Of a DNA stretch of 64,000 bases, positions 51,123 to 60,300 are shown in pieces (positions within the stretch are counted from its first letter, which is position 1; every line of letters begins with the position of its first letter). The notes beneath the pieces were generated by a model, which searched no databases, was not told the DNA's origin, and saw only the letters and a program-made list of their open reading frames with translations. The translations under genes and the position numbers were made by a program. Source of the stretch: Myxococcota bacterium (GTDB taxonomy: Bacteria; Myxococcota_A; Polyangia; Nannocystales; Nannocystaceae); NCBI GenBank assembly GCA_039028615.1, contig JBCCHT010000006.1, positions 160,001 through 224,000 on the forward strand, in the 5' to 3' direction.

Positions 51123-51716
51123 GTGCGAGCACCGCCCAATCGCCTTCGGCCGTGGTTGCACCCTCGCGTCATCGCCCGCTGGAGCGCCGTATTCGCGCTC
51201 CTGGCCGGGACCCACTGCGTCGACAGTGGATCCCCCGGGGTCGGCGGAGGGTCACCCGGTAAACAGGCTCCCGACGCGAGCGGACCGCCCGCGCCTCGAG
51301 TCGCCACCGCCCCGAGCAACGGCTTCAACGACGCGATCGCCTGGCGCTCGCTCGAAGACGGCTTGGCCGAGTCCGCGAACACCAGCATGCCGCTGATGTT
51401 GGTGGTGCACGCCAGCTGGTGTGGCAGCTGCAAGCGGCTCAAGCCCAAGTTCCAAGACGCCCGGCTGGCCGAGGTCTCCAACAAATTCGTGATGGTGAAC
51501 TCCGACCAAGACCTGGTGCCGGCCGTTCACCAGTACGTGCCCGACGGCAGCTATGTCCCCCGGGTGCTGTTCTTCGATCCGCAGACCGGCGAGCTGGACC
51601 CCGACCTGCTGAACCCCGATCGGAGCCGCAACCTGTACTACTACGGCCCCAAGGACGACTTGGTGGCCATCATGGAGAAGGCCCTCGAGCGCCATGGCAA
51701 CAAGACCAAGAGCTAA
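51123..51716 (+). CDS. Exported thioredoxin-fold protein (ERp18/AGR-like), WCGSC active site
   Basis: HASWCGSCKRL and PDGSYVPRVLFFDP. Hydrophobic leader. Start uncertain (GTG 51123 chosen). Confidence 0.8.
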   Translation: MRAPPNRLRPWLHPRVIARWSAVFALLAGTHCVDSGSPGVGGGSPGKQAPDASGPPAPRVATAPSNGFNDAIAWRSLEDGLAESANTSMPLMLVVHASWCGSCKRLKPKFQDARLAEVSNKFVMVNSDQDLVPAVHQYVPDGSYVPRVLFFDPQTGELDPDLLNPDRSRNLYYYGPKDDLVAIMEKALERHGNKTKS

Positions 51717-53568
51717 ACTGGCATGGGCGGGCCTGGCCGGGCTCGCCGTGCTGTCCGCCGGGCTCGCGACATTCGAATCCTCGAAGGCCGAGGCCGCTCG
51801 CCCTCCCGAGACCATGCCGGTCTCCGAGGTCAAGCCGGGCATGCGCGGCCATGCGGTCACCGTGTTCTTTGGCGACAAGAGCGATCGCTTCGAGATCGAG
51901 GTCGTCGACACGATGCGCAACTACCTGCCCAAGCAGGACGCGGTGCTGTTCCGCTCCAGCGACCCGCGGCTCGAGCACTCGGGCATCGTCGGGGGCATGA
52001 GCGGCTCGCCGATCTTCGTCGACGACAAGCTGGTCGGCGCGCTGTCCTACGGCTGGCGCTTCAACAAGGACCCGCTGGGCGCCCTGACCCCGATCTCCAA
52101 CATGCTGGAGGTGGGCGAGCTGCCCTACCGCCCCGACGTGCTGCCCCGCCCCACCGTCGGCCGCGGCCGCACGCGCGACGGCTCCAAGGCCTGGGCCGAC
52201 CAGATGCTCGGCCTGCAGACCTCGCCCCTGCCCGCCCGCCAGCGGCCGGGCGAGGCGGACGGCAGCATGGGGCTCGACCCCCTGCCCTTGCCGCTCACCA
52301 TCTCCGGGCTCGGCCCCTCGACCGCGCGCATGCTCGGCGACACCTTCGGCATGGTACCCGTGCGCGGCGGTGGTGGCCCCACCGGGCAGCAAACCGAGGA
52401 AGCCAAGCCCCGCAACTGGAAGCCCGGCGACTCGGTCTCGGTGGTCCTGATCCGCGGCGACAGCTCGGCCGCCAGCAACGGCACCATCACGTGGGTGGGC
52501 CCCAAGGGCAAGCGCCTGCTGGCCTTCGGGCACTCGATGTTCGAGGACGGCCCCAGCAACCTGCCCATCGCCGACGCGCACGTACACACCATCCTCAACA
52601 GCGTCGATCGCTCGGTGAAGATGTCGAGTCCGCAGACGATCCAGGGCGTGATGGTCCAAGATCGCCAGCCGGCCATCGCCCTGCGCACCGACCTGCGAAC
52701 CCCGATGATTCCGGTCTCGACCACGATGACCGGGCCCGACCCCGACCTGGCCCCGCGCACCTACGACAACGAGGTGGCCTTCGGCGTCGATCTCACGCCC
52801 AACCTCGTGGGGGGCATCCTGGCCGAGGCGGTCGACGAAGCGGGGCGTGACGCCACCGCGGTCGTCATTCAGCTGCACCACGAGATCGCAGTCGAGACGA
52901 CCAACGGGCCGCGCACCCTCGAGATCGACGAAGAGGTCTTCTTCCCGCAGGGCCTCATCGGGCGCATCCTGTCCCGCAGCCGGGGCGTCATCGCCATCGC
53001 GGCCATGCTCGACAACGACTTCGAGGTCGCCAAGATCCGCGGGGTCAAGCACGAGATCCGCATGCAGTACGGGTCGCCGATCGAGGCCATCGAGAAGGTG
53101 CGCCTGGTCGACCACGAGGTCCGCGAGGGCGACGTCGTTCGCCTGGCCCTGACCATGCGCGCCTACAAGGGCGACACCCGAGAGCTCGAGATCCCCATCC
53201 GCATCCCCGACGACGCGGGCGGCGAGGAGATCAAGATCGTGCTGACCGGCGGCGACGCGGCCGTGCCCTATCGCCCCATCGCGGACTCGCTCGACACCCT
53301 GCTCGACACCATCGCCCAGACCTACTCGCCGCGCTCGATCGTGGCCAGCGTCTATCGGCAGTCCGAGGGCCTGTCCACCAAGCACGGGCTCATCGAAGAC
53401 CTGCCCGACAGCGTGCTCGAGTCCCTGGTGGACCGTGGCAGCACCAACGACGCGGTCCGCTTCAAGCGGCTCGCCCGTCGCGTGATCCCCACCGAGACGC
53501 TCATCGAGGGCAAGCACACCCTCAAGCTCGACGTCCTTCCCCGCAAAGCTTTCGACGACACACCATGA
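51694..53568 (+). CDS. SpoIVB peptidase S55-domain protein
   Basis: EVKPGMRG, GIVGGMSGSP, LVGALSYG, LAFGHSM. Signal peptide. Confidence 0.88.
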   Translation: MATRPRAKLAWAGLAGLAVLSAGLATFESSKAEAARPPETMPVSEVKPGMRGHAVTVFFGDKSDRFEIEVVDTMRNYLPKQDAVLFRSSDPRLEHSGIVGGMSGSPIFVDDKLVGALSYGWRFNKDPLGALTPISNMLEVGELPYRPDVLPRPTVGRGRTRDGSKAWADQMLGLQTSPLPARQRPGEADGSMGLDPLPLPLTISGLGPSTARMLGDTFGMVPVRGGGGPTGQQTEEAKPRNWKPGDSVSVVLIRGDSSAASNGTITWVGPKGKRLLAFGHSMFEDGPSNLPIADAHVHTILNSVDRSVKMSSPQTIQGVMVQDRQPAIALRTDLRTPMIPVSTTMTGPDPDLAPRTYDNEVAFGVDLTPNLVGGILAEAVDEAGRDATAVVIQLHHEIAVETTNGPRTLEIDEEVFFPQGLIGRILSRSRGVIAIAAMLDNDFEVAKIRGVKHEIRMQYGSPIEAIEKVRLVDHEVREGDVVRLALTMRAYKGDTRELEIPIRIPDDAGGEEIKIVLTGGDAAVPYRPIADSLDTLLDTIAQTYSPRSIVASVYRQSEGLSTKHGLIEDLPDSVLESLVDRGSTNDAVRFKRLARRVIPTETLIEGKHTLKLDVLPRKAFDDTP

Positions 53569-55694
53569 TGGCCCGCCGCATTCGCACCATCTCCTACGCC
53601 AGTGCCACGCTCGCCGCGGCTCTGGTTGCCACTGCCCCGACCCCGTCTTCCGCGGGCGGCACCCGTAGCCTCGAGCTGTCCGACCACGGTGACTTCGACC
53701 GCGGCGAGACCGAAGGCGCCGCCATCGAGGCCAGCGGCCGCGTCACGGTGGGCTTCACCCCCGAGCGCGGCGAGCCGGTCGATGCCACCTCCGCGTTCTC
53801 CTGCCTCGGCCGCAAGGGCGAGGTGCTGGTGGGCACCGCCGACAAGGCCGCCGTGCACCGCGTCAGCGTGGGTACCCGCGGCAAGAACAAGGGCAAGGTC
53901 CAGGTCGAGCGCCTGGCCGAGCTGTCCGGCGTCGTGGTCACCGCGATGGCCGAGCTGCCCGGCGGCGACATCGTCGTGGCCACCCTGCCCGGCGGCAAGC
54001 TCATGCGCATGGACAAGCGGGGCAAGCTCTCCGACTTTGCCGAGCTCCCCGTCGATCACGTGTGGGCGCTCGAGGTCCACAAGGGCAAGGTCTACGCGGG
54101 CACCGGTCCCAAGGGCGAGCTGTTCGAGATGAGCACCTCGGGCAAGGACCCCAAGGTCGTGCTCGACGACTCCGACAAGCACATCATGAGCCTGCTGCCC
54201 GTCGGCGACGCCCTGCTCGTGGGCACCGCCCCCGGGGCCCGGCTGCTGCGCGTGGGCGACGAGACCGAGGGCGTCCTGCTCGAGGACTTCAACGGCGACG
54301 AGCTCAAGGACATGGTCACCACCCGCCAGGGGCTGATGGTCGCGGTCAACACCTTCGAAGATCGCAACCTCGGCTCGGTGGACGCGCTGGCCCAGAACCT
54401 GGCGCGGACCAGCCTGACCGGCACGCCGCCCGCGGGCGACCTCGCCCAGACCCGCCCGGCCAAGGCCGACGCGACCGTCTACCACGTCGACCTCGGCAAG
54501 GGCCGCGACCTCGACCGCGCCATGGAGGCCCCCTGGGATCGATGGTTCTCGCGCGACGGTCAGTACTTCACCTCGATGCTGGCCCTCGACGACACGGGCA
54601 CCGTGCTGCTGTCCAGCTCGTCGGAGGGCAAGGTCTACCGGCTCCGAGGCCCCCGCGACGCCGCCACCGTGGCCGACTTCGAGGAGCGCCAGAGCACCGC
54701 GCTGTGCCGCGCCGACAAGGGCCCGATCTTCGCCACCGTGGGTCAGGGCGCCGCCGCCTATCACCTGCAGGCCAGCCCCGCGGACAAGGCTCGCTACCGA
54801 ACCCGGGTCTTCGACGCCAAGCATCCCGCCGACTACGGGGCGCTGGTGCTGCGCGGCAAGGGCCCGCTCACCGCCCGCGTGCGTACCGGCCCCAGCATCG
54901 AGCCGGGCGAGCGGTGGTCGGAGTGGACCAAGGTCGAGCTGAAGTCCGCCCCCGGGGCGCAGTACCGCGGCGACCTGTCGAAGGCGAAGCGCCGCCGCTA
55001 CATGCAGCTCGAGATCGGCCTGGGCTCCCCCGACGCCGAGCTCCGCGAGCTGCGGCAGTTCTACGCCCCGGAGAACCTCGCCCCGCTGCTCGAGCGCGTC
55101 GACGTCAGCCGGCCCAGCTTCGACACCGATTCGGTCTCCGAGCCGAGCACCAAGGTCACCATTCGCTGGAAGGTCGACGCCCGCGATGACGACGACCTCA
55201 TCTACGACGTCCGGGCCCGCCCCGAAGGCACGGGCGAGACCCAGTGGATCCCGCTGCACAAAGACGACGAGCGCGTCACCAAGCGCGAGCTGTCGTGGGA
55301 CCTCAGCACCGTGCCCGACGGCGTCTACGAGATCGAGGTGGTGGCGAGCGACGAGCCCAGCAACGGGGCCGGGAATGCTCGCACCGACGAGCTGACCTCG
55401 GCGCCCTTCGTGGTCGATCGCCAGCGGCCTCGCATCGAGGACCTTCGCTTCGGCGCCGGCACCCTGAGCGCCACCGTCCACGACGACGGCGGCTACGTGC
55501 ACGACGTCGCCATTCGGGTCGACGACATGCCCTTCCAGCGGGTCGCCGCCCGCGACGGGCTCTACGACGAGCCGGACGAGGTCATCTCCGTCGCGCTCAC
55601 CGACCTGCAGCCGGGCACCCACCGCGTGGTGGTCCGGGCCCGCGACTCCTTCGGCAACATCGAGACCGAGGCGATCATCGCCCGCGTCGAGTAG
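53565..55694 (+). CDS. Exported beta-propeller plus Ig/FN3-like protein
   Basis: ATGA overlap with the S55 gene. Signal peptide, repeated YAGTG/LVGTA blades, C-terminal WDLSTVPDGVYEIEVVASD. Confidence 0.78.
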   Translation: MMARRIRTISYASATLAAALVATAPTPSSAGGTRSLELSDHGDFDRGETEGAAIEASGRVTVGFTPERGEPVDATSAFSCLGRKGEVLVGTADKAAVHRVSVGTRGKNKGKVQVERLAELSGVVVTAMAELPGGDIVVATLPGGKLMRMDKRGKLSDFAELPVDHVWALEVHKGKVYAGTGPKGELFEMSTSGKDPKVVLDDSDKHIMSLLPVGDALLVGTAPGARLLRVGDETEGVLLEDFNGDELKDMVTTRQGLMVAVNTFEDRNLGSVDALAQNLARTSLTGTPPAGDLAQTRPAKADATVYHVDLGKGRDLDRAMEAPWDRWFSRDGQYFTSMLALDDTGTVLLSSSSEGKVYRLRGPRDAATVADFEERQSTALCRADKGPIFATVGQGAAAYHLQASPADKARYRTRVFDAKHPADYGALVLRGKGPLTARVRTGPSIEPGERWSEWTKVELKSAPGAQYRGDLSKAKRRRYMQLEIGLGSPDAELRELRQFYAPENLAPLLERVDVSRPSFDTDSVSEPSTKVTIRWKVDARDDDDLIYDVRARPEGTGETQWIPLHKDDERVTKRELSWDLSTVPDGVYEIEVVASDEPSNGAGNARTDELTSAPFVVDRQRPRIEDLRFGAGTLSATVHDDGGYVHDVAIRVDDMPFQRVAARDGLYDEPDEVISVALTDLQPGTHRVVVRARDSFGNIETEAIIARVE

Positions 55695-55711
55695 CCGTCG
55701 AAGCCTCGACG

Positions 55712-55801
55712 ACGAAGGCCGCGGCGCCCCTCGGGGACCGCGGCCTCTTCGTTTCGAATGCACGAAGGCCGCGGTCCTCAAGGGGAGCCGCGGCCTTCTT
55801 T
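55712..55801. terminator. Two tandem related terminator-like hairpins
   Basis: ACGAAGGCCGCGG...CCGCGGCCTCTTCGTTT (55712-55754) and ACGAAGGCCGCGG...CCGCGGCCTTCTTT (55762-55801), between convergent genes. Confidence 0.75.
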
Positions 55802-55830
55802 GGTGGGGGCGCCGTAGGTGCCCGGTGCGC

Positions 55831-56172
55831 TCAGCCGGCCTTCTTGGCCGCGCGCTGGAGGCTCTGGGTCATGTCGACCAGGCGTCCGAGCGAGAGCGTC
55901 TTGAGGCTGTCGGCGAACTCGTGGTCCTTGGTCTGCCCCTTGAGCTCGAGGATCGCCTTCACCATGCCGTCGCGGCCGCCGAGCGCCTCGACCTTCTCGG
56001 CCAGGGCCACCAGGTGCAGCAGCTTCGCGTTGGAGGCGTACTTGAGGCGCTTCTTCTGCTCGTCGTCGCTCTCGCCGTCCAGGTTGTCGATGAGGGCCGC
56101 GACCTTCTCGACGAGCTTGTCCTTGGACTCGTACTTTTCCTTGACGATTTGGAGCGGGGTTTTCTTGGCCAT
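55831..56172 (-). CDS. Small Lys-rich helical hypothetical protein (113 aa)
   Basis: MAKKTPLQIVKEKYESKDKLV. Strong C/G third-position bias; GAGGAAG upstream. Confidence 0.8.
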   Translation of the reverse strand: MAKKTPLQIVKEKYESKDKLVEKVAALIDNLDGESDDEQKKRLKYASNAKLLHLVALAEKVEALGGRDGMVKAILELKGQTKDHEFADSLKTLSLGRLVDMTQSLQRAAKKAG

Positions 56173-56316
56173 TTTCCGTGTCTTCCTCGATGTTCGCCGC
56201 CATGAGCAGCTACGAGCTCCGTGCCGCGGATGCGACCCGGTTCCGGGGGGAAGTTCCCGCCGGGCCGCGGACTATGGCGTGCCTGGGCGACGACCGCAAG
56301 TGAGGCCGTAAAACGC

Positions 56317-57315
56317 TCAGGAGCCGCCCCCACGGGCCCCTTGCAGCCGCGTGACGATGGTCTCTAGGTCCTGCTCGGACGCCTTGGCGGTGGCGGTGAC
56401 CGCGGGTCCCGATGTGTCGAACTTCACGCTCTCCATGACCTTCGCGGGAACCCCGAAAGAGGTCGCCATGCCCTTCAGCACGCTGAACTGCTGCTCCATC
56501 GTCTGCTGGGTCTTCTTGGCGCCGTCCTCGGAGCCCACGTTCACGGCGGCGTAGAACTGCACGCCATCGCTGAGGTCGAGCCAGGCCGCGATGTCCTTGG
56601 GCTTCGGCGAGTCCGGGTCGGCGGCGGCCAGCTGCTTGCCCGCGGCCGCGGGCACGACCCCGGCAAACCATACGTGCTTGCTCGTGTCGGTGCGCTGCAG
56701 CGCCCGGCCGAGCTCACCGTCGAAGGCCGAGCGTCCCTTGCCATCGCGCAGGCGCTCGACATCGGGGATCCACGGCATGCCCACCACCAGCACCGTGTCG
56801 TCATCGATCACGTAGGCCAGCGTGCCGCGGTCGAGCTCGACGACCTTGCCTCCTTCGCGAATGACCCACGGTTTGTCGCCGCTGCTCTGGGCGACCTCGC
56901 GGACGGCACACTCGAGGGTCGAGGCCTTGCCCAGCCCCTCGGCCACGATGGCCGCGGCGAAGCGGAGCTCGCCCTCGGGATCGAGACCGAAGGTGACGCT
57001 GCGCCAGTGCTCGAGGCCGAGCTTGCAGCGCTGCAGGGCGTCGAGGGTGGTCTTGCCTTCGCGCAGGACCTCGTCCGAGTGCTTGCGCCACAGCCCCGTA
57101 CTCTGCAGCCCGGCCAGATCGACACCCCCCACCACCGTCGCCACATCGGGGATGGACCGCTTGGCCGCATCGAGCTGCTTAGCCGCGGCCGTCTGCGCGC
57201 TGGCTTTTTCGTTCGCCGCCGCGGGCGGGTCTTTCTTGCACCCGACGAGCAGCAGCAGCCCGGCTCCGACCAGGCTCGCTCCCCACCGCCGTCGCACTCG
57301 GTTCGCGCTACGCAT
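56317..57315 (-). CDS. Lipoprotein of unknown function (paralog of the adjacent gene)
   Basis: Lipobox LVGC. Shares IP..ATVVGG.DLAGLQ, CKLGL, SVTFG, GKSAFDG-like and DT.KHVWFAG with 57427-58344. Start uncertain. Confidence 0.8.
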   Translation of the reverse strand: MRSANRVRRRWGASLVGAGLLLLVGCKKDPPAAANEKASAQTAAAKQLDAAKRSIPDVATVVGGVDLAGLQSTGLWRKHSDEVLREGKTTLDALQRCKLGLEHWRSVTFGLDPEGELRFAAAIVAEGLGKASTLECAVREVAQSSGDKPWVIREGGKVVELDRGTLAYVIDDDTVLVVGMPWIPDVERLRDGKGRSAFDGELGRALQRTDTSKHVWFAGVVPAAAGKQLAAADPDSPKPKDIAAWLDLSDGVQFYAAVNVGSEDGAKKTQQTMEQQFSVLKGMATSFGVPAKVMESVKFDTSGPAVTATAKASEQDLETIVTRLQGARGGGS

Positions 57316-57355
57316 GCCGACCCATGGTGCCACTTTCATTCGGCGAACCAATTGA

Positions 57356-57387
57356 AAATGGGGAAGGCCCTACGACCTTCCCCATTT
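57356..57387 (-). terminator. Rho-independent terminator between the two lipoprotein paralogs
   Basis: Perfect 12-bp stem AAATGGGGAAGG / CCTTCCCCATTT; the minus strand ends in TTTTC. Confidence 0.75.
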
Positions 57388-57426
57388 CGGGATTTGGCGA
57401 AACCGCCGGGTCCCGGAGCCAAAGCC

Positions 57427-58344
57427 TTACATGAAGGCTTTGAGGCCCTCCATGCTCTTGGCGAGGTCGGCGTCGGAAGCCTTGGCCTCGACGGTGAAGA
57501 ACTCACCGCTGGTGCCGAACTTGACGCTGTTGATGACCTCCTCGGAGGTCTGGGCCTTGGCCATGTCCTTGAACATGCCGTCCCACATCCCCTGGACCTT
57601 GGTCTTGACCGACTCGGCCTCGTCGCCGCTGGCGAACCCGACCAGGATCTTGGTCTCGACGCCGCTGCTCAGGTCGGCGTAGCCGGCGAACGAAGCGGGG
57701 GCAGCACCGAGCTGCTCGGCCGCGCCCTTGCCCTCTTTCTCGGGGACCTTGCCGGCGAACCAGACGTGCTTGCCGGTGTCGGTCTTGCCCAGGACGTCCT
57801 TGAGCGAGCCGTCGAACGCGGACTTGCCCTCACCCTTGGTGAGCTTCTTGACGTCCTCGGCCCAGTCCTTGCCGGACACCACGAGGGTGTTGTCGTCGAC
57901 GACGTAGGCCACGGCGCCGCCGTTGGCCATCTTGAGGACCTTGCCGTCTTCTTCGGCGGTCCAGGGCTCCTTGCCCTCTTTCTCTTTGATCTTGTCGTGG
58001 GCGCAGTCGAGGTTCGCCTTCACGCCAATGCCGTCGGCAGCGATGACCACGGCCATCTTGTCGTCACCACCGTTGGGGTCGACGCCGAAGGTCACGCTCT
58101 TGAACTTGTCGAGGCCGAGCTTGCACTCGCCCATGGCGGCAAGCTGCTCTTTACCGTTGGACTCGACCATGCCCTTGAGGTTGTCGGTCCAGAGCTTGGT
58201 CTTCTGAAGGCCGGCCAGGTCGGCACCGCCGACGACGGTGGCAGCTTCAGGGATGAACTTGGCAGCGTCGCCGCCGCCACCCTTGCAGGCGGCCACGCCC
58301 AGGAGGGCAACGGCGAAGGTGGAGGTGGCAAACGTCCGTTTCAT
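57427..58344 (-). CDS. Lipoprotein of unknown function
   Basis: Start reassigned to ATG 58344: MKRTFATSTFAVALLGVAAC lipobox. Confidence 0.85.
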   Translation of the reverse strand: MKRTFATSTFAVALLGVAACKGGGGDAAKFIPEAATVVGGADLAGLQKTKLWTDNLKGMVESNGKEQLAAMGECKLGLDKFKSVTFGVDPNGGDDKMAVVIAADGIGVKANLDCAHDKIKEKEGKEPWTAEEDGKVLKMANGGAVAYVVDDNTLVVSGKDWAEDVKKLTKGEGKSAFDGSLKDVLGKTDTGKHVWFAGKVPEKEGKGAAEQLGAAPASFAGYADLSSGVETKILVGFASGDEAESVKTKVQGMWDGMFKDMAKAQTSEEVINSVKFGTSGEFFTVEAKASDADLAKSMEGLKAFM

Positions 58345-58506
58345 AGCGGGCTTCTCTACACGACGGGTACGGGGGGTGCAAGGCGAAAGTGGGGTCATGT
58401 CGGTTTTCCTGAACGCGGCGGTGGGGCACTCACTGGTGTCGACCAGCACCGCTACAGACGGACCTTGGCGCGCTCGGTTGCGGACGGTAGTGTCGATTAA
58501 GAACCG

Positions 58507-59202
58507 ATGCCCTGGAAACAGTACGAATTCAAGGGACAAACGGTGTACGTACGGGTGCTTCCCACCGGTAAACCCATCGTTCGCCATGGTCGCGTCGAGC
58601 TTCGTTACAAGCTCGGTGCTCGCAAATCTTATCGCGCGTCGCCCGATGGCCTCGAAGCCATGGAAGGCGACATGATCGAAGACAGCGAGATGAGCGGCAA
58701 CGCAGGTGCAGCCGCGACGACGGCCGCCCTCAAAGAGACCCCAACGACACCCGCCGACGCCGATACGATCGTCATCTACACCGACGGTGCGTGCTCGGGA
58801 AATCCGGGCCCAGCGGGCATTGGCGTGTACTTCGAGCGCCCCGGGCAATCCGTCGAAATCTCGGAGTTCCTCGGTAGCGGCACCAACAACATCGCCGAAC
58901 TGAGTGCGATTTTGCGGGGTCTACAGACCCTACGCGACGACGAACGTGAGGGTCTCATCCACCTCTATACCGATAGTGCATGGTCGCTCGGCGTGCTCAT
59001 CGGCGGGTGGAAGGCCAAGACGAACACGGACCTCATCGACAAGATCAAAGCGGAGATGGACACGCTGCCGCGCTTGGAGTTGCTCAAGGTTCGCGGCCAC
59101 GCCGGGCATCCCGGCAACGAAGAAGCCGACCGTCTCGCCACGCAAGCGACCCGCCGTGAAGCGTCGTCGGAGCCTCGAGTTCGACGCCGCCGGGTGAGCT
59201 GA
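58507..59202 (+). CDS. rnhA: Ribonuclease HI with N-terminal extension
   Basis: IYTDGACSGNPGPAG, TNNIAEL, YTDS, KVRGHAG, GNEEADRLA. Confidence 0.92.
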   Translation: MPWKQYEFKGQTVYVRVLPTGKPIVRHGRVELRYKLGARKSYRASPDGLEAMEGDMIEDSEMSGNAGAAATTAALKETPTTPADADTIVIYTDGACSGNPGPAGIGVYFERPGQSVEISEFLGSGTNNIAELSAILRGLQTLRDDEREGLIHLYTDSAWSLGVLIGGWKAKTNTDLIDKIKAEMDTLPRLELLKVRGHAGHPGNEEADRLATQATRREASSEPRVRRRRVS

Positions 59203-59381
59203 AGCGTCCCTCGTCGGGCCAGCCGGACAGCCGTAAGGCAAACCCCAGCGGGGCGTCCCGAATTATTCTCGCGCACGATCTCCGCCGTGCGCGAGGACGC
59301 GAGCGCATTCGTTCCGATTGAGGCCATAGGGGCCGCGCGCGCCATCGGGTCGTCCCTTCACGCGGCGCCGTGACCTCGCCC

Positions 59382-60284
59382 TTACGCGACCGCGTCGCGG
59401 AGAGGAACGGCACCTCCGCGGCGCGACAACAACTCCCATAACCGATCGTGTCGCATGCGCCACGGCACGCGGAGCTCGGGCTGCAATCGCCGCAGAGCCG
59501 CCGCCACCGGATCGCGATCGGGGTCGGCCAGGTCGATGCCGTGCAGCTCGAGATGAAAGTGCGCGCGCGCCAGGGCGGCACGACGTAGTCCGGCGGCCAG
59601 CGGACCGGACAGCGAGAGCAACGACGTCCCGATGAGCGGCAGTCGCAGCAGCGGCGAGACGGACATGGGCAGCTCCCACAGCGGCGCGTCGTCGCGACGA
59701 TAGGGCCGCGCGCGACCGAAGAAGGAGCGACCGCCCGTGGCCAGCGACTGCGACCGTCGACCGCGGAGGGCCATGTGCCCCATGACCGCCAGCTTGGCCG
59801 CGTAGTACGGCGGCGAAGGCAGCACCGAACTGTCGTAGTCGTAGCCGAGCGCCGCGACCCGAGCCATCAGGCCTGCGTCGTGGGTGTAGCCCGGCGCCCG
59901 GAAGCCCTGCACCGTCGCGCCCAGCTCGCGAAGTCGCGCGTCGCAGGCCTCGAGATCGGCCGCTTGCTGCGAGGCGGGCCATCGCACCAGGTCGTAGGCA
60001 TGGGCAAAGCTGTGGTTGCCCAGCTCGTGTCCCTCGGCCAGCGCCTGCCGAAGCAGCGCCGCGCCTCGTCCCGCCCGCTGCATGTCTCGCTCGAGGTCGC
60101 GACCGATGACGAAGAAGGTGGCCCGGGTCCCCGTGCGTGCGAACAGCTCGAGGAAGCGCGGGAGCCAGCGCTCGAGGCCGGCCTCCTCCTGCTCGGCGGT
60201 GGGCGGCGGCAAGCCGTGGATGCCGTGGTAGCAGGCCGCGTCGTCGAGGTCGACGCTCACCAACGTGGTCGGCACGGCTGCCAT
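59382..60284 (-). CDS. Polysaccharide deacetylase family protein
   Basis: SVDLDD, ATFFVIG, GHELGNHSFAH, GFRAPG, YDSS. Confidence 0.88.
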   Translation of the reverse strand: MAAVPTTLVSVDLDDAACYHGIHGLPPPTAEQEEAGLERWLPRFLELFARTGTRATFFVIGRDLERDMQRAGRGAALLRQALAEGHELGNHSFAHAYDLVRWPASQQAADLEACDARLRELGATVQGFRAPGYTHDAGLMARVAALGYDYDSSVLPSPPYYAAKLAVMGHMALRGRRSQSLATGGRSFFGRARPYRRDDAPLWELPMSVSPLLRLPLIGTSLLSLSGPLAAGLRRAALARAHFHLELHGIDLADPDRDPVAAALRRLQPELRVPWRMRHDRLWELLSRRGGAVPLRDAVA

Positions 60285-60300
60285 CGCGACTCCGGGGCGC

